Below, piece by piece: positions 8,214 to 16,672 of a stretch of 32,000 nt of DNA. Position 1 is the first letter of the stretch. Each line of letters starts with the position of its first letter. Origin of the DNA: Akkermansia muciniphila ATCC BAA-835 (lineage in GTDB: Bacteria > Verrucomicrobiota > Verrucomicrobiia > Verrucomicrobiales > Akkermansiaceae). The DNA lies in assembly GCF_000020225.1 (NCBI RefSeq), contig NC_010655.1, positions 2,040,001-2,072,000 on the forward strand, in the 5' to 3' direction. The position numbers were made by a program, and so were the translations under genes. The notes below the pieces were generated by a model. The model searched no databases, was not told where the DNA came from, and saw nothing but the letters and a program-made list of their open reading frames with translations.

Positions 8214-10556
8214 ATGAAATTATCCTTTTTCTCCGTTCTGCTTCTGGCAGGGCATCTTTGTGCGGCTGCTCCCATGCCTTTGCCGGAATCCAATGACGGA
8301 GCCAGGCATGTCTTCTCTACTAATCAGGAAAATTTTTTGATGGACGGAAAGCCCGTCAAAATCATTTCCGGGGAAATGCATTATCCTCGCGTGCCGCGCC
8401 AGCACTGGAAGGACAGGTTCCAGCGCATAAAGGCCATGGGCATGAATACCGTCTGCACTTATCTGTTCTGGAACGTGCATGAACCGGAACCCGGCAAATG
8501 GGACTTTTCCGGCAATCTGGATTTTGTGGAATTCATCAAGGAGGCGCAGAAGGCCGGCCTGTGGGTCATTGTGCGTCCCGGGCCCTATGTGTGCGCGGAA
8601 TGGGAATTCGGCGGATTTCCCGGCTGGCTGCTGAAGGATGAAGATTTGAAAGTCCGTTCCCAGGATCCCCGCTTCCTGGAACCGGCCATGGCTTATCTTA
8701 AAAAAGTCTGTTCCATGCTGGAACCTCTGCAGATTACCAAGGGAGGCCCCATCATCATGGCCCAGGTGGAAAATGAATACGGCTCCTATGGTTCTGACAA
8801 GGATTACGTGAAAAAGCATCTGGACGTTATCCGGAAAGAACTTCCGGGAGTTGTTCCCTTCACGTCGGACGGCCCGAACGACTGGATGATCAAGAACGGC
8901 ACGCTTCCGGGCGTTGTTCCCGCCATGAATTTCGGCGGCGGAGCCAAGGGCGCTTTTGCGAATCTGGAGAAGCACAAGGGCAAAACGCCCCGCATCAACG
9001 GCGAATTCTGGGTGGGCTGGTTTGACCACTGGGGCAAGCCCAAGAATGGCGGCAGTACGGAAGGTTTCAACCGAGACCTGAAGTGGATGCTGGAAAATAA
9101 CGTTTCCCCCAACCTATTCATGGCGCATGGGGGGACCTCCTTCGGCTTCATGAACGGGGCGAACTGGGAAGGCGCCTACACGCCGGATGTAACCAATTAC
9201 GACTACGGCGCCCCCATTTCCGAAAACGGAACCCTGACGGACCGCTACCGCACCTTCCGCCAGACTATTCAGGATTATTACGGTGATACGTACAAGCTTC
9301 CCGAACCTCCCGCCCAGCCGGAAATGATGGAGCTGCCTCCCATCACGTTTACGGAAACAGCCGGCATGTTCTCCCGCCTGCCGCAGCCCGTCATCCGCAA
9401 GGAGCCCGTCCACATGGAAGCCTTGGGGCAAAGCCTGGGCTTCATCCTGTACCGGACAAAGGTGAACGGCCCGGTGAAAGGAGAGCTGAAGATGAACAAC
9501 ATGCAGGACCGCGCCATCGTTTACGTGGACGGCAAGAGGCAGGGGGCGGCGGACCGCCGTTACAAGCAGGATTCCTGTGACATTGTCATTCCCTCCGGAC
9601 TTCACACGGTGGACATTTTTGTGGAAAACATGGGCCGCATCAACTTCGGCGGCCAGATACAGGGCGAGCGCAAGGGCATCCGGGGCCCCATTACGCTGGA
9701 CGGCAAAAAGCTGGAAAACTTCCTTATCTACAACTTCCCGTGCAAGGGGGTGGAGCTTATTCCCTTCTCCGGCAAGAAGCCGGCGGGCGACCAGCCCGTG
9801 TTCCACCGCGGGTATTTCAACGTTTCCAATCCCAAGGATACCTACTTGGATATGCGGGACGGCTGGAAGAAAGGCGTCGTGTGGGTGAATGGACGCAATC
9901 TGGGCCGCTTCTGGTTTATCGGCTCCCAGCAGGCTCTTTATTGCCCCGGAGAATACCTGAAGCCCGGGAAAAATGAAATCGTGGTGCTGGACGTGGACGG
10001 AGGTTCCGGCACGGTGAAGGGTGTGAAGGAAGCCATTTATGAAGTCAACAGGGACCCCGCCATGGCGGATGTCTTCCGCGTGGGCAAACCTGTGGCCCCC
10101 GCTGCCGGCCAGCTGGTGCACAAGGGTTCCTTCGCCAAGGGGGCGGACCAGCAGGAAATCAAATTCCGCGCTCCTGTCCAGGCCCGTTACATAGCTATTG
10201 TCAGTAAAAACGCTCATGACAACGGCCCCCATGCCGCCATTGCGGAGCTGAACTTCCTGGATGCCTCCGGCAATCTGCTCCCCCGCGAACAGTGGTCCGT
10301 GGTTTATGCGGATTCCCATGAAACGACGGGAGAAGCCGCCCAGGCGGGACTGGTGATGGACAACCAGCCCACCACCTACTGGCATACCAAGTGGCAGGGG
10401 GACAACCCCAGGCATCCGCACATGATCGTGCTGGATCTGGGCAAGGTGCAGAAACTTTCAGGATTCCGCTACCTGCCGCGCCAGGACCGGGAAAACGGCC
10501 GCATCAAGGACTATGAAGTCTATGCGTCTCCCAAGCCGTTCAAGCCTGCCAAGTAA
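8214..10556 (+). CDS. Secreted glycoside hydrolase family 35 beta-galactosidase with C-terminal F5/8 type C (discoidin/CBM32-like) module
   Basis: 780 aa with signal peptide MKLSFFSVLLLAGHLCAAAP. GH35 motifs: ISGEMHYPRVPRQHWKDRFQRIKAMGMNTVCTYLFWNVHEPEPGKWDFSG, PGPYVCAEWEFGGFPGWL, and QVENEYGSYG (acid/base Glu). C-terminal discoidin motifs: ARYIAIV...IAELNF and PHMIVLDLG...GFRYLPRQ. Confidence 0.93.
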   Translation: MKLSFFSVLLLAGHLCAAAPMPLPESNDGARHVFSTNQENFLMDGKPVKIISGEMHYPRVPRQHWKDRFQRIKAMGMNTVCTYLFWNVHEPEPGKWDFSGNLDFVEFIKEAQKAGLWVIVRPGPYVCAEWEFGGFPGWLLKDEDLKVRSQDPRFLEPAMAYLKKVCSMLEPLQITKGGPIIMAQVENEYGSYGSDKDYVKKHLDVIRKELPGVVPFTSDGPNDWMIKNGTLPGVVPAMNFGGGAKGAFANLEKHKGKTPRINGEFWVGWFDHWGKPKNGGSTEGFNRDLKWMLENNVSPNLFMAHGGTSFGFMNGANWEGAYTPDVTNYDYGAPISENGTLTDRYRTFRQTIQDYYGDTYKLPEPPAQPEMMELPPITFTETAGMFSRLPQPVIRKEPVHMEALGQSLGFILYRTKVNGPVKGELKMNNMQDRAIVYVDGKRQGAADRRYKQDSCDIVIPSGLHTVDIFVENMGRINFGGQIQGERKGIRGPITLDGKKLENFLIYNFPCKGVELIPFSGKKPAGDQPVFHRGYFNVSNPKDTYLDMRDGWKKGVVWVNGRNLGRFWFIGSQQALYCPGEYLKPGKNEIVVLDVDGGSGTVKGVKEAIYEVNRDPAMADVFRVGKPVAPAAGQLVHKGSFAKGADQQEIKFRAPVQARYIAIVSKNAHDNGPHAAIAELNFLDASGNLLPREQWSVVYADSHETTGEAAQAGLVMDNQPTTYWHTKWQGDNPRHPHMIVLDLGKVQKLSGFRYLPRQDRENGRIKDYEVYASPKPFKPAK

Positions 10557-10584
10557 GATCCTCTGAATTGTTGAGCTTTTCCAG

Positions 10585-10620
10585 GGCCGCTCCCTCTCGG
10601 ATGAGGGGGCGGCCTTATTG
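10585..10620 (+). terminator. Candidate terminator after the GH35 gene
   Basis: GGCCGCTCCCTC (10585-10596) pairs with GAGGGGGCGGCC (10603-10614) with one G-U pair. It is followed by a weak TTATTG tract. Confidence 0.45.
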
Positions 10621-10749
10621 CGTCCGGATATTCCGGAAGAAAACAGTACCCCCGCTTTTCCCGGACAAGAGTAGTGCCGGTTTAAAGATACGTATCAACT
10701 TTTCGTTTTCCTTGTTTTCTGCTGTTGTGCGGGCCGGTATTCCATGCGC

Positions 10750-10784
10750 AAAAAAAGGCGGCTCCGCAGTATAACGGAGCCGCC
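10750..10784 (-). terminator. Rho-independent terminator of the outer-membrane protein gene
   Basis: GGCGGCTCCG (10757-10766) pairs with CGGAGCCGCC (10775-10784). On the minus strand the hairpin is followed by TTTTTTT (A-run 10750-10756 on plus). Confidence 0.8.
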
Positions 10785-10814
10785 GGAAGGCAGTAAAAAC
10801 CTGATAGCCGGTTG

Positions 10815-11417
10815 TTAGAAGTTCCAGGAAAAGCCCAGCTTGATGGTGTGGTAGCCGGGATCATTATAACCCTGAATCTGGTAGTATTCGTAGCCGATCA
10901 GGAAGTCCGCGCTGTTGGAGATGCTGAACTTGAAACCGGCCTGGGCCGCCCAGGAAAACTTGGTTGAGGAAATGGTGCGGGAACGGCTGCCGTCTTCCAG
11001 GCCATGAATGGTGGTCTTCACGTCGCCGTAAGTGGCGCCGACTTTACCGCCCAGATAGAACATGGTGTAGTCGCCGATGGGAAGGTTCAGCGTGTAACCG
11101 GCCATCATCGGAATATAGGTGGAACGGAGGCTGGCGGTATAAGGCCCGCTGATGCCCAGGTCCTGCACGCTGGGATGGTGGGAACCGGCCAGGATGCCGC
11201 TGTTCAGGGAAATCTGATGAACAATGCTGCCGGTTTCAATATAGTTGAAAATGCTCAGATTGCCGCCGGCCACGTTGGGCATGGCATCTTTGGTGGCGAT
11301 TCCGTAAGCCCCTTCCAGGGACATGCCGAACTGGCCGTCGTACTTGTCGGCATGATAGGCGCTGGCGGAAGACACGGAGGCCGCAAGGGCCAAACCTAAC
11401 AGTATAGTCTTGTTCAT
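10815..11417 (-). CDS. Small outer-membrane beta-barrel protein (OmpA-like / OmpW-like porin family)
   Basis: The internal ATG at 11417 gives signal peptide MNKTILLGLALAASVSSASA. The protein has an alternating amphipathic beta-strand pattern, is Gly/Tyr-rich, and ends in the C-terminal aromatic signature GFSWNF. The track ORF start at 11483 adds 22 residues without signal character. Confidence 0.8.
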   Translation of the reverse strand: MNKTILLGLALAASVSSASAYHADKYDGQFGMSLEGAYGIATKDAMPNVAGGNLSIFNYIETGSIVHQISLNSGILAGSHHPSVQDLGISGPYTASLRSTYIPMMAGYTLNLPIGDYTMFYLGGKVGATYGDVKTTIHGLEDGSRSRTISSTKFSWAAQAGFKFSISNSADFLIGYEYYQIQGYNDPGYHTIKLGFSWNF

Positions 11418-11563
11418 ATGGGGATAAATGGTAAATTTAACTGTAGTCCATTCTTGGCAGTTTTCTCTTTTGAAGTCAAACATGAAATGTCAAATGGATG
11501 CGAAATCCCCGAGCCGAGGAGATGAAGTTGCCAGAACCCTCCCGCTGGGGTACATTCTGCGCC

Positions 11564-12886
11564 ATGGAACAACAAGCGTGTGATTTGCTGGTGACCGCTT
11601 CCCGCATGCTGGGCGGAGCGGAACAGTCCGTTGCTCCCGGGGATGCGGCCGTCGCCGTCCGGGACGGGAAAATTCTGGAAACGGGAAGCGCCGCAGAACT
11701 GGAGGCCAGGTGGAGGCCCGCCGTCCGCAGGAATTTGGGGAATGTGCTGCTGATGCCGGGGCTTATTAATGCCCATACGCATGTCCCCATGACCTTTTTG
11801 CGCGGTTTTGCGGATGACTTGCCGCTGATGGAATGGCTGACCGGACATATTTTCCCAGTGGAAGCCCGGCTGACGGATAAAATCGTCTCCCTGGGGGCCC
11901 GGCTGGGCATGTATGAAATGATGCGGACGGGCACCACGGCATTTGTAGATTCCTACCTGTTGGAAGCCAACGTTCTCCAGGAGGCGGAACGCATGGGAAT
12001 GCGCTGTGTGGGCGGAGAGGTTGTTTTTGCCTTTCCCTCTCCGGCGTACGGCGGGTGGGACGGTGCGGAAGCCCTGTACCGGGAGCAGGCGGAGCGCTTT
12101 TCCGGCCGCGGCAGGGTACAGGTGGCCCTGATGCCGCACAGCGTGTACACCACCAGTGACGAAGTGCTCCGGCGTTCCATGAAGCTGGCGGAGGAACTGG
12201 ACCTGATGCTGCATATCCATTTGTCCGAATCCGCCGGGGAAGTGGAGCAGTGCCGTTCCCTGCACGGGGGCAGGCGTCCCGTAGGCTATGCCCGTGATAT
12301 GGGGCTGCTGAATGAACGCTCCGTGCTGGCCCATATGGTGGACGTGACGGATGAGGAACTGGAACTGGTGGCCGCTTCCGGAGCGGCGGTTGTCCATAAC
12401 CCGGTCAGCAACCTGAAACTGGCATCCGGCTTCGCCCGCGTGCGGGATATGGTGCGGGCCGGCGTTCCCGTCTCTCTGGGAACGGACGGAGCGTGCAGCA
12501 ACAACAGTCTGGACATGTTTGAAACAATGAAGCTGGCCGCTATTCTTGCCAAGGGGTACAGCGGGGACGCTACCGCGGTCCCCGCCATGCAGGCGTTGAA
12601 GATGGCGACGGAGGAGGGCGCCCGCATTTTCCGGACGCCGGGGCTGGGAACACTGGTTCCGGGGGCTCCCGCGGATATGATCGCCCTGAACCTGGATGAA
12701 CCGAACCTGTGCCCGATTTTCAACGAAACGTCCCATGCCGTTTATGCCTCTTCCGGCAAGGATTGCGTGTTCACCATGGTGGAAGGGAGAATTTTGTATG
12801 ATCATGGAATTTACACGGACGGCCTGTATGCGGATACCGCCGCGGAAATGCGGGATCTGGTAAAGTGGGTGAAGAATAGTGATTGA
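11564..12886 (+). CDS. Amidohydrolase-superfamily deaminase, MtaD-like (5-methylthioadenosine/S-adenosylhomocysteine deaminase or related chlorohydrolase)
   Basis: Metal-binding HxH motif GLINAHTHVPMTFLRGFADDLPLMEWL. Later motifs: HLSES, VLAHMV, VHNPVSNLKLASG and SLGTDGACSNNSLDMFE. The start is assigned to ATG 11564 (MEQQACDLLV) by length comparison with homologues. In-frame ATGs at 11498 and 11522 cannot be excluded. Confidence 0.85.
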   Translation: MEQQACDLLVTASRMLGGAEQSVAPGDAAVAVRDGKILETGSAAELEARWRPAVRRNLGNVLLMPGLINAHTHVPMTFLRGFADDLPLMEWLTGHIFPVEARLTDKIVSLGARLGMYEMMRTGTTAFVDSYLLEANVLQEAERMGMRCVGGEVVFAFPSPAYGGWDGAEALYREQAERFSGRGRVQVALMPHSVYTTSDEVLRRSMKLAEELDLMLHIHLSESAGEVEQCRSLHGGRRPVGYARDMGLLNERSVLAHMVDVTDEELELVAASGAAVVHNPVSNLKLASGFARVRDMVRAGVPVSLGTDGACSNNSLDMFETMKLAAILAKGYSGDATAVPAMQALKMATEEGARIFRTPGLGTLVPGAPADMIALNLDEPNLCPIFNETSHAVYASSGKDCVFTMVEGRILYDHGIYTDGLYADTAAEMRDLVKWVKNSD

Positions 12887-13032
12887 GTATTGAGGATGAG
12901 CGAATAAAGGCAGGTTCTCAACACATGCTTTAATCTCTGGGTCCTTACCTCTGCTATCTGTCGGCCTCCCGAACCGGCGCATGCTCATATTCCTTCTTTA
13001 CCCGCAAGGGGGGATGCCTTTATAGTAATTTC

Positions 13033-14421
13033 ATGCAATATGATCTTATCGTCATTGGTGGAGGCCCTGCCGGCTATGTGGGCGCCATCCGCGCCGCCCA
13101 GCTGGGGAAATCCGTGGTGTGCGTGGAACGCGACCGGGTGGGGGGCACCTGTCTGAACTGGGGATGCATCCCCACCAAGGCGCTTCTGAAAAATGCGGAG
13201 GCCTACCGGATCGTGACGGACCGCGCCAGGGAATTCGGCATGATGGTGGAGGGCGTCAGCGTGGATTGGAGTGAAGTGATCGGCCGTTCCCGCAAGGTCA
13301 GCGACCGCCTGGCAGGCGGCGTGGGGTTCCTCTTCAAGAAAAACAAGGTGGATTCCGTTACGGGGGAAGCCTCCATCATTTCCCCCGGCAGGGTGGAAGT
13401 AAAGGCCGCCGACGGAACGGTGAATGTTCTGGAGGGAAAGAATATCCTGATCTGTACCGGCTGCGTCACCCGCACGGTGCCCAGCCTTCCCCTGAACGGC
13501 ACTACTGTCATCGGCTCCAGGGAAGCCATGGTGCTGGAAAAGCGGCCTGAAAGCATGATCATCATCGGTTCCGGAGCTATCGGCACGGAATTTGCCTACA
13601 TTTACAATTCATTCGGCACCAGGGTGACGCTTATTGAAGCGCTTCCCCGGATGCTTCCCAATGAAGACGACGACTCCTGCATGACGCTGGAACGGGCATT
13701 CAAGAAGCAGGGCATCAAGGTGATGACGGGAGCTTCCGTGGAATCCGTCACGGAAACCTGTGACGGACAGGTCAGGGCCAACGTGAAAAACAGCAGGGGA
13801 CAGGAAGAGGAAATCACGGCGGACGTCTGCCTGGTGGCCATCGGCGTGAAGCCGGTCGTTCCCGCCGCTCCCGGCCTGGAATTGACGGAAAAGGGATTCA
13901 TCAAGGTGAATGACCGCTATGCGACTTCCATTCCCGGCGTTTATGCGGCAGGCGACGTGATCGGCGGCGTGCTGCTGGCGCATACGGCTTCTTTTGAAGC
14001 TGTCCAGGCTGTGGAGGGCATGTTTAATCCGGACTACCAGCCCCGGCAGGTCGGCTTCTTCCCGAGCTGCACGTACTGCTACCCTCAGGTGGCTTCCGTA
14101 GGTAAAACGGAACGCGCCCTCAAGGAAGCGGGCGTGGAATACAAGGTGGGGAAATTCCCCTTCCAGGCCATTGGCAAGGCTGTAGCCGCCGGAGAGCCGG
14201 ACGGCTTCGTGAAAACCCTGTACGGCGCCAAAAACGGAGAATTGCTGGGTGCCCATATCGTGGGGCCGGAAGCCACGGAACTGATTGCCGCGCTGGGCAT
14301 CGGCATTCAGGCGGAACTGACGGATGAAGATATCCACGCCACCATTTTCGCCCATCCCACGCTGTCTGAGGCCATTCATGAATCCATGCTGGCTTCCGAG
14401 GGGATTGCCATTCACATGTAA
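13033..14421 (+). CDS. lpdA: Dihydrolipoyl dehydrogenase (E3 component)
   Basis: FAD-binding motif DLIVIGGGPAGY. Redox-active disulfide motif GGTCLNWGCIPTK. NAD-binding motif IIGSGAIGTEFA. C-terminal interface HAHPTLSE. 462 aa. Confidence 0.95.
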   Translation: MQYDLIVIGGGPAGYVGAIRAAQLGKSVVCVERDRVGGTCLNWGCIPTKALLKNAEAYRIVTDRAREFGMMVEGVSVDWSEVIGRSRKVSDRLAGGVGFLFKKNKVDSVTGEASIISPGRVEVKAADGTVNVLEGKNILICTGCVTRTVPSLPLNGTTVIGSREAMVLEKRPESMIIIGSGAIGTEFAYIYNSFGTRVTLIEALPRMLPNEDDDSCMTLERAFKKQGIKVMTGASVESVTETCDGQVRANVKNSRGQEEEITADVCLVAIGVKPVVPAAPGLELTEKGFIKVNDRYATSIPGVYAAGDVIGGVLLAHTASFEAVQAVEGMFNPDYQPRQVGFFPSCTYCYPQVASVGKTERALKEAGVEYKVGKFPFQAIGKAVAAGEPDGFVKTLYGAKNGELLGAHIVGPEATELIAALGIGIQAELTDEDIHATIFAHPTLSEAIHESMLASEGIAIHM

Positions 14422-14435
14422 CGGTTTTCACGGGA

Positions 14436-14461
14436 AGAGCCCCGCAACGGGGCTCTTTTTC
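14436..14461 (+). terminator. Rho-independent terminator after lpdA
   Basis: AGAGCCCCG / CGGGGCTCT 9-bp stem with a 3-nt loop, followed by TTTTT. Confidence 0.85.
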
Positions 14462-14474
14462 TCCATTAAAAAAG

Positions 14475-14882
14475 ATGAACGATAACCTGCGCTGGAAACA
14501 AAGGCTTCAAAACCTGAATAAGGCTTTTTCCCGGTTGCGCCATGCTTGCACGTTGCCGGAATACAATGAACTGGAAATGGCCGGACTGGTGCAGACTTAT
14601 GAATTTACGTTTGAGCTGTGCTGGAAAACGTTGAAAGATAAGCTGGTCTATGACGGCTACAGCGTTAACAGCCCCCGCGAAGCCATCAGGCAGGCGTTTG
14701 GCGCAGATTTGATAGGTCATATTGATTGTTGGCTCCAGGCGCTGGAAAGCCGCAATTTGTTTGTACATACTTATGATGATTCCATCGCGGAAGAGGCGGT
14801 TTCCCTGATTAAGGGAAAATTCTTTCCCATGCTGGCCCAATGTGTGGAAAATCTGAACATGATGGCGGAGAAAGAGGACTGA
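14475..14882 (+). CDS. hepT: HEPN-domain protein, HI0074 family nucleotidyltransferase substrate-binding protein (HepT-like toxin)
   Basis: 135 aa. Rx4H HEPN motif RNLFVH starts at nt 14751 and is followed by TY. Family-typical N-terminus RWKQRLQNLNKAF and core YEFTFELCWKTLK. Confidence 0.85.
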   Translation: MNDNLRWKQRLQNLNKAFSRLRHACTLPEYNELEMAGLVQTYEFTFELCWKTLKDKLVYDGYSVNSPREAIRQAFGADLIGHIDCWLQALESRNLFVHTYDDSIAEEAVSLIKGKFFPMLAQCVENLNMMAEKED

Positions 14883-15190
14883 ACGATGGCCTGACGGCCA
14901 AGGTGCGCTCAGGCATCCGGGAAATTCTTTCACAGACTCCGCAGATTAGGAAAGCCGTTTTATTCGGTTCCCGCGCCCTAGGCACGTGGAAGCCTGCGTC
15001 CGATATCGATCTTGCCCTGGAGGGCGAGGAGCTGGATTTGTCCGTCCTTTTGACTCTCCAAGCGCGTCTCACAGAGTTGAACCTGCCTGTGGAAGTGGAC
15101 TTGATTATTCGTAACAAAATTACTAATCCTGATTTGGAGAGTCATATCCATGCTTATGGCCAGGAATGGTTTTCCCGTTCCATGGAATGA
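14840..15190 (+). CDS. mntA: Minimal nucleotidyltransferase (MNT, HI0073-like; MntA-like antitoxin)
   Basis: 116 aa. Pol-beta-type NTase motifs LFGSRALG and SDIDLAL, then VDLI. The ATG at 14840 overlaps the HEPN gene by 43 nt. There is no other in-frame ATG. Confidence 0.8.
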   Translation: MCGKSEHDGGERGLNDGLTAKVRSGIREILSQTPQIRKAVLFGSRALGTWKPASDIDLALEGEELDLSVLLTLQARLTELNLPVEVDLIIRNKITNPDLESHIHAYGQEWFSRSME

Positions 15191-15565
15191 AGGGGGGTGA
15201 TTCCGGAGGGGCCTGCCTTTGAGAGGTGATAAAGTGCCTATGGGCTCGCTAAAAAATAGTTGGCCATTTCACGGAAGTTTTTTCACAAAGACCGGGAAAC
15301 CGGATTTATCCGGTTGGACGGAATGCGGGCGTAAAGCCCGCAAAGCGCGGATCAAATTATTGTCCCATGTAGCTCTGCCATTAGGGAAAACGGTAAAAGG
15401 GCAAAAAATTCCATGGTTTGGCCCGAAGACGGACGCTTGGGAGCGGAAGTTTGATTCGCTACTGTTTTTCCGGGGCAACGCGCCGAAAGGACTGATTTCC
15501 GGGAAAATACTCCAAAGCGGGAAAGGCATTCAGTCTTTCTTCTTTAGTCTTTTTCCCACGGTTCC

Positions 15566-16657
15566 TCACAGCTCGAACACCGGGTTTTCCACGGCATTTT
15601 TTACGGTAATGAGGAATTGCACGGCCTGCTTGCCGTCCACCAGGCGGTGGTCGTAGGAAAGGGCCAGGTACATCATGGGCCGGGCGGTGATTTGGCCGTC
15701 CCGGACCACGGGGCGTTCCTGGATGGCATGCATGCCCAGAATGCCGCTCTGGGGCGGGTTCAGGATGGGCGTGGAAAGAAGCGACCCATATGTTCCGCCG
15801 TTGGAGATGGTGAAGCAGCCGCCTTGCAGATTCTGCATGGACAGGTTTCCCCTGCGTGCTTTTTCCGTCAGGGAAGCGAGTTCCAGTTCCAGCTCCGGAA
15901 GCGTTTTCCGGTCGCAGTCCCGCAGCACGGGGACGACGAGACCCTTATCTGTGCCGATGGCTATGGAGATGTCATAGTACAGGTTTTCCACGATGTCCGT
16001 ACCGTCTATTCTGGCGTTGACCTGGGGCACTTCCTGCAATGCTTTGACTACGGCCTTGATAAAGAAGCTCATGAAACCGAGTTTGGTTCCGTACCGTTCC
16101 CGGTACGCTGCATTGAATTGTTTGCGGAGTTCCATCACGGAGGACATGTCGCATTCGTTGAAGGTAGTCAGGATGGCCGCCTGGTGCTGGGCCTCTACCA
16201 ACCGTGCCGCGATGGTACGGCGCAACGGGCTCATGGGTTTTCTGATGAAGCGCGGAGAAGCCTCCTTTACTGTTTTCCCATTTTTTCCGGAGGTTGTCTG
16301 ATCCGGTGAGGATGTTTTCTTTTCCGGCTTTTGTTCCGGGGCGCCAGTCACAGGTGAGGAGGGACCGGAAGCGGGTTTCTCCCGCGTTTCCAGTGGTACG
16401 GAGGGCGGTGCGGCGGAACTTCCGTCAAGGGGGGAAATGCGGCCTAAAACCGCGCCGATGGGGGCTTCCGCCCCTTCCGGGACGAGGATTTCCAGCACGC
16501 CGCTTTCATCCGCCTCCAAATCCGTGGAAACCTTGTCCGTTTCCAGCGTCACCAGAGTGTCGCCTTTGGCTACCGGGTCGCCGGCATTCTTGTGCCACGC
16601 GGCTACGGTGGCGGAGGTGATGGATTCTCCAAAGTTGGGAGTCAGGATGTCGCTCAT
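15566..16657 (-). CDS. sucB: Dihydrolipoyllysine-residue succinyltransferase (E2 of 2-oxoglutarate dehydrogenase)
   Basis: Lipoyl domain with [16 protein letters not shown] Pro/Ser/Ala linker. Catalytic domain ending in SYDHRLVDG. 363 aa, lying directly downstream of sucA. Confidence 0.93.
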   Translation of the reverse strand: MSDILTPNFGESITSATVAAWHKNAGDPVAKGDTLVTLETDKVSTDLEADESGVLEILVPEGAEAPIGAVLGRISPLDGSSAAPPSVPLETREKPASGPSSPVTGAPEQKPEKKTSSPDQTTSGKNGKTVKEASPRFIRKPMSPLRRTIAARLVEAQHQAAILTTFNECDMSSVMELRKQFNAAYRERYGTKLGFMSFFIKAVVKALQEVPQVNARIDGTDIVENLYYDISIAIGTDKGLVVPVLRDCDRKTLPELELELASLTEKARRGNLSMQNLQGGCFTISNGGTYGSLLSTPILNPPQSGILGMHAIQERPVVRDGQITARPMMYLALSYDHRLVDGKQAVQFLITVKNAVENPVFEL

Positions 16658-16672
16658 GGGAGTAAAATGGGT

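Noticed and set aside
11414-12988. 524-aa minus-strand ORF covering the whole amidohydrolase gene
   Set aside because: It is antisense to a gene with clear family motifs. Its translation is dominated by R/G/H/P/Q runs with no recognisable domain, and it would also overlap the OMP gene start region.
15219-15656. 145-aa plus ORF and 86-aa minus ORF (15269-15529) in the mntA-sucB gap
   Set aside because: No family resemblance and odd composition. The plus ORF runs 90 nt into the sucB 3' end on the opposite strand. The interval is treated as non-coding and flagged separately.
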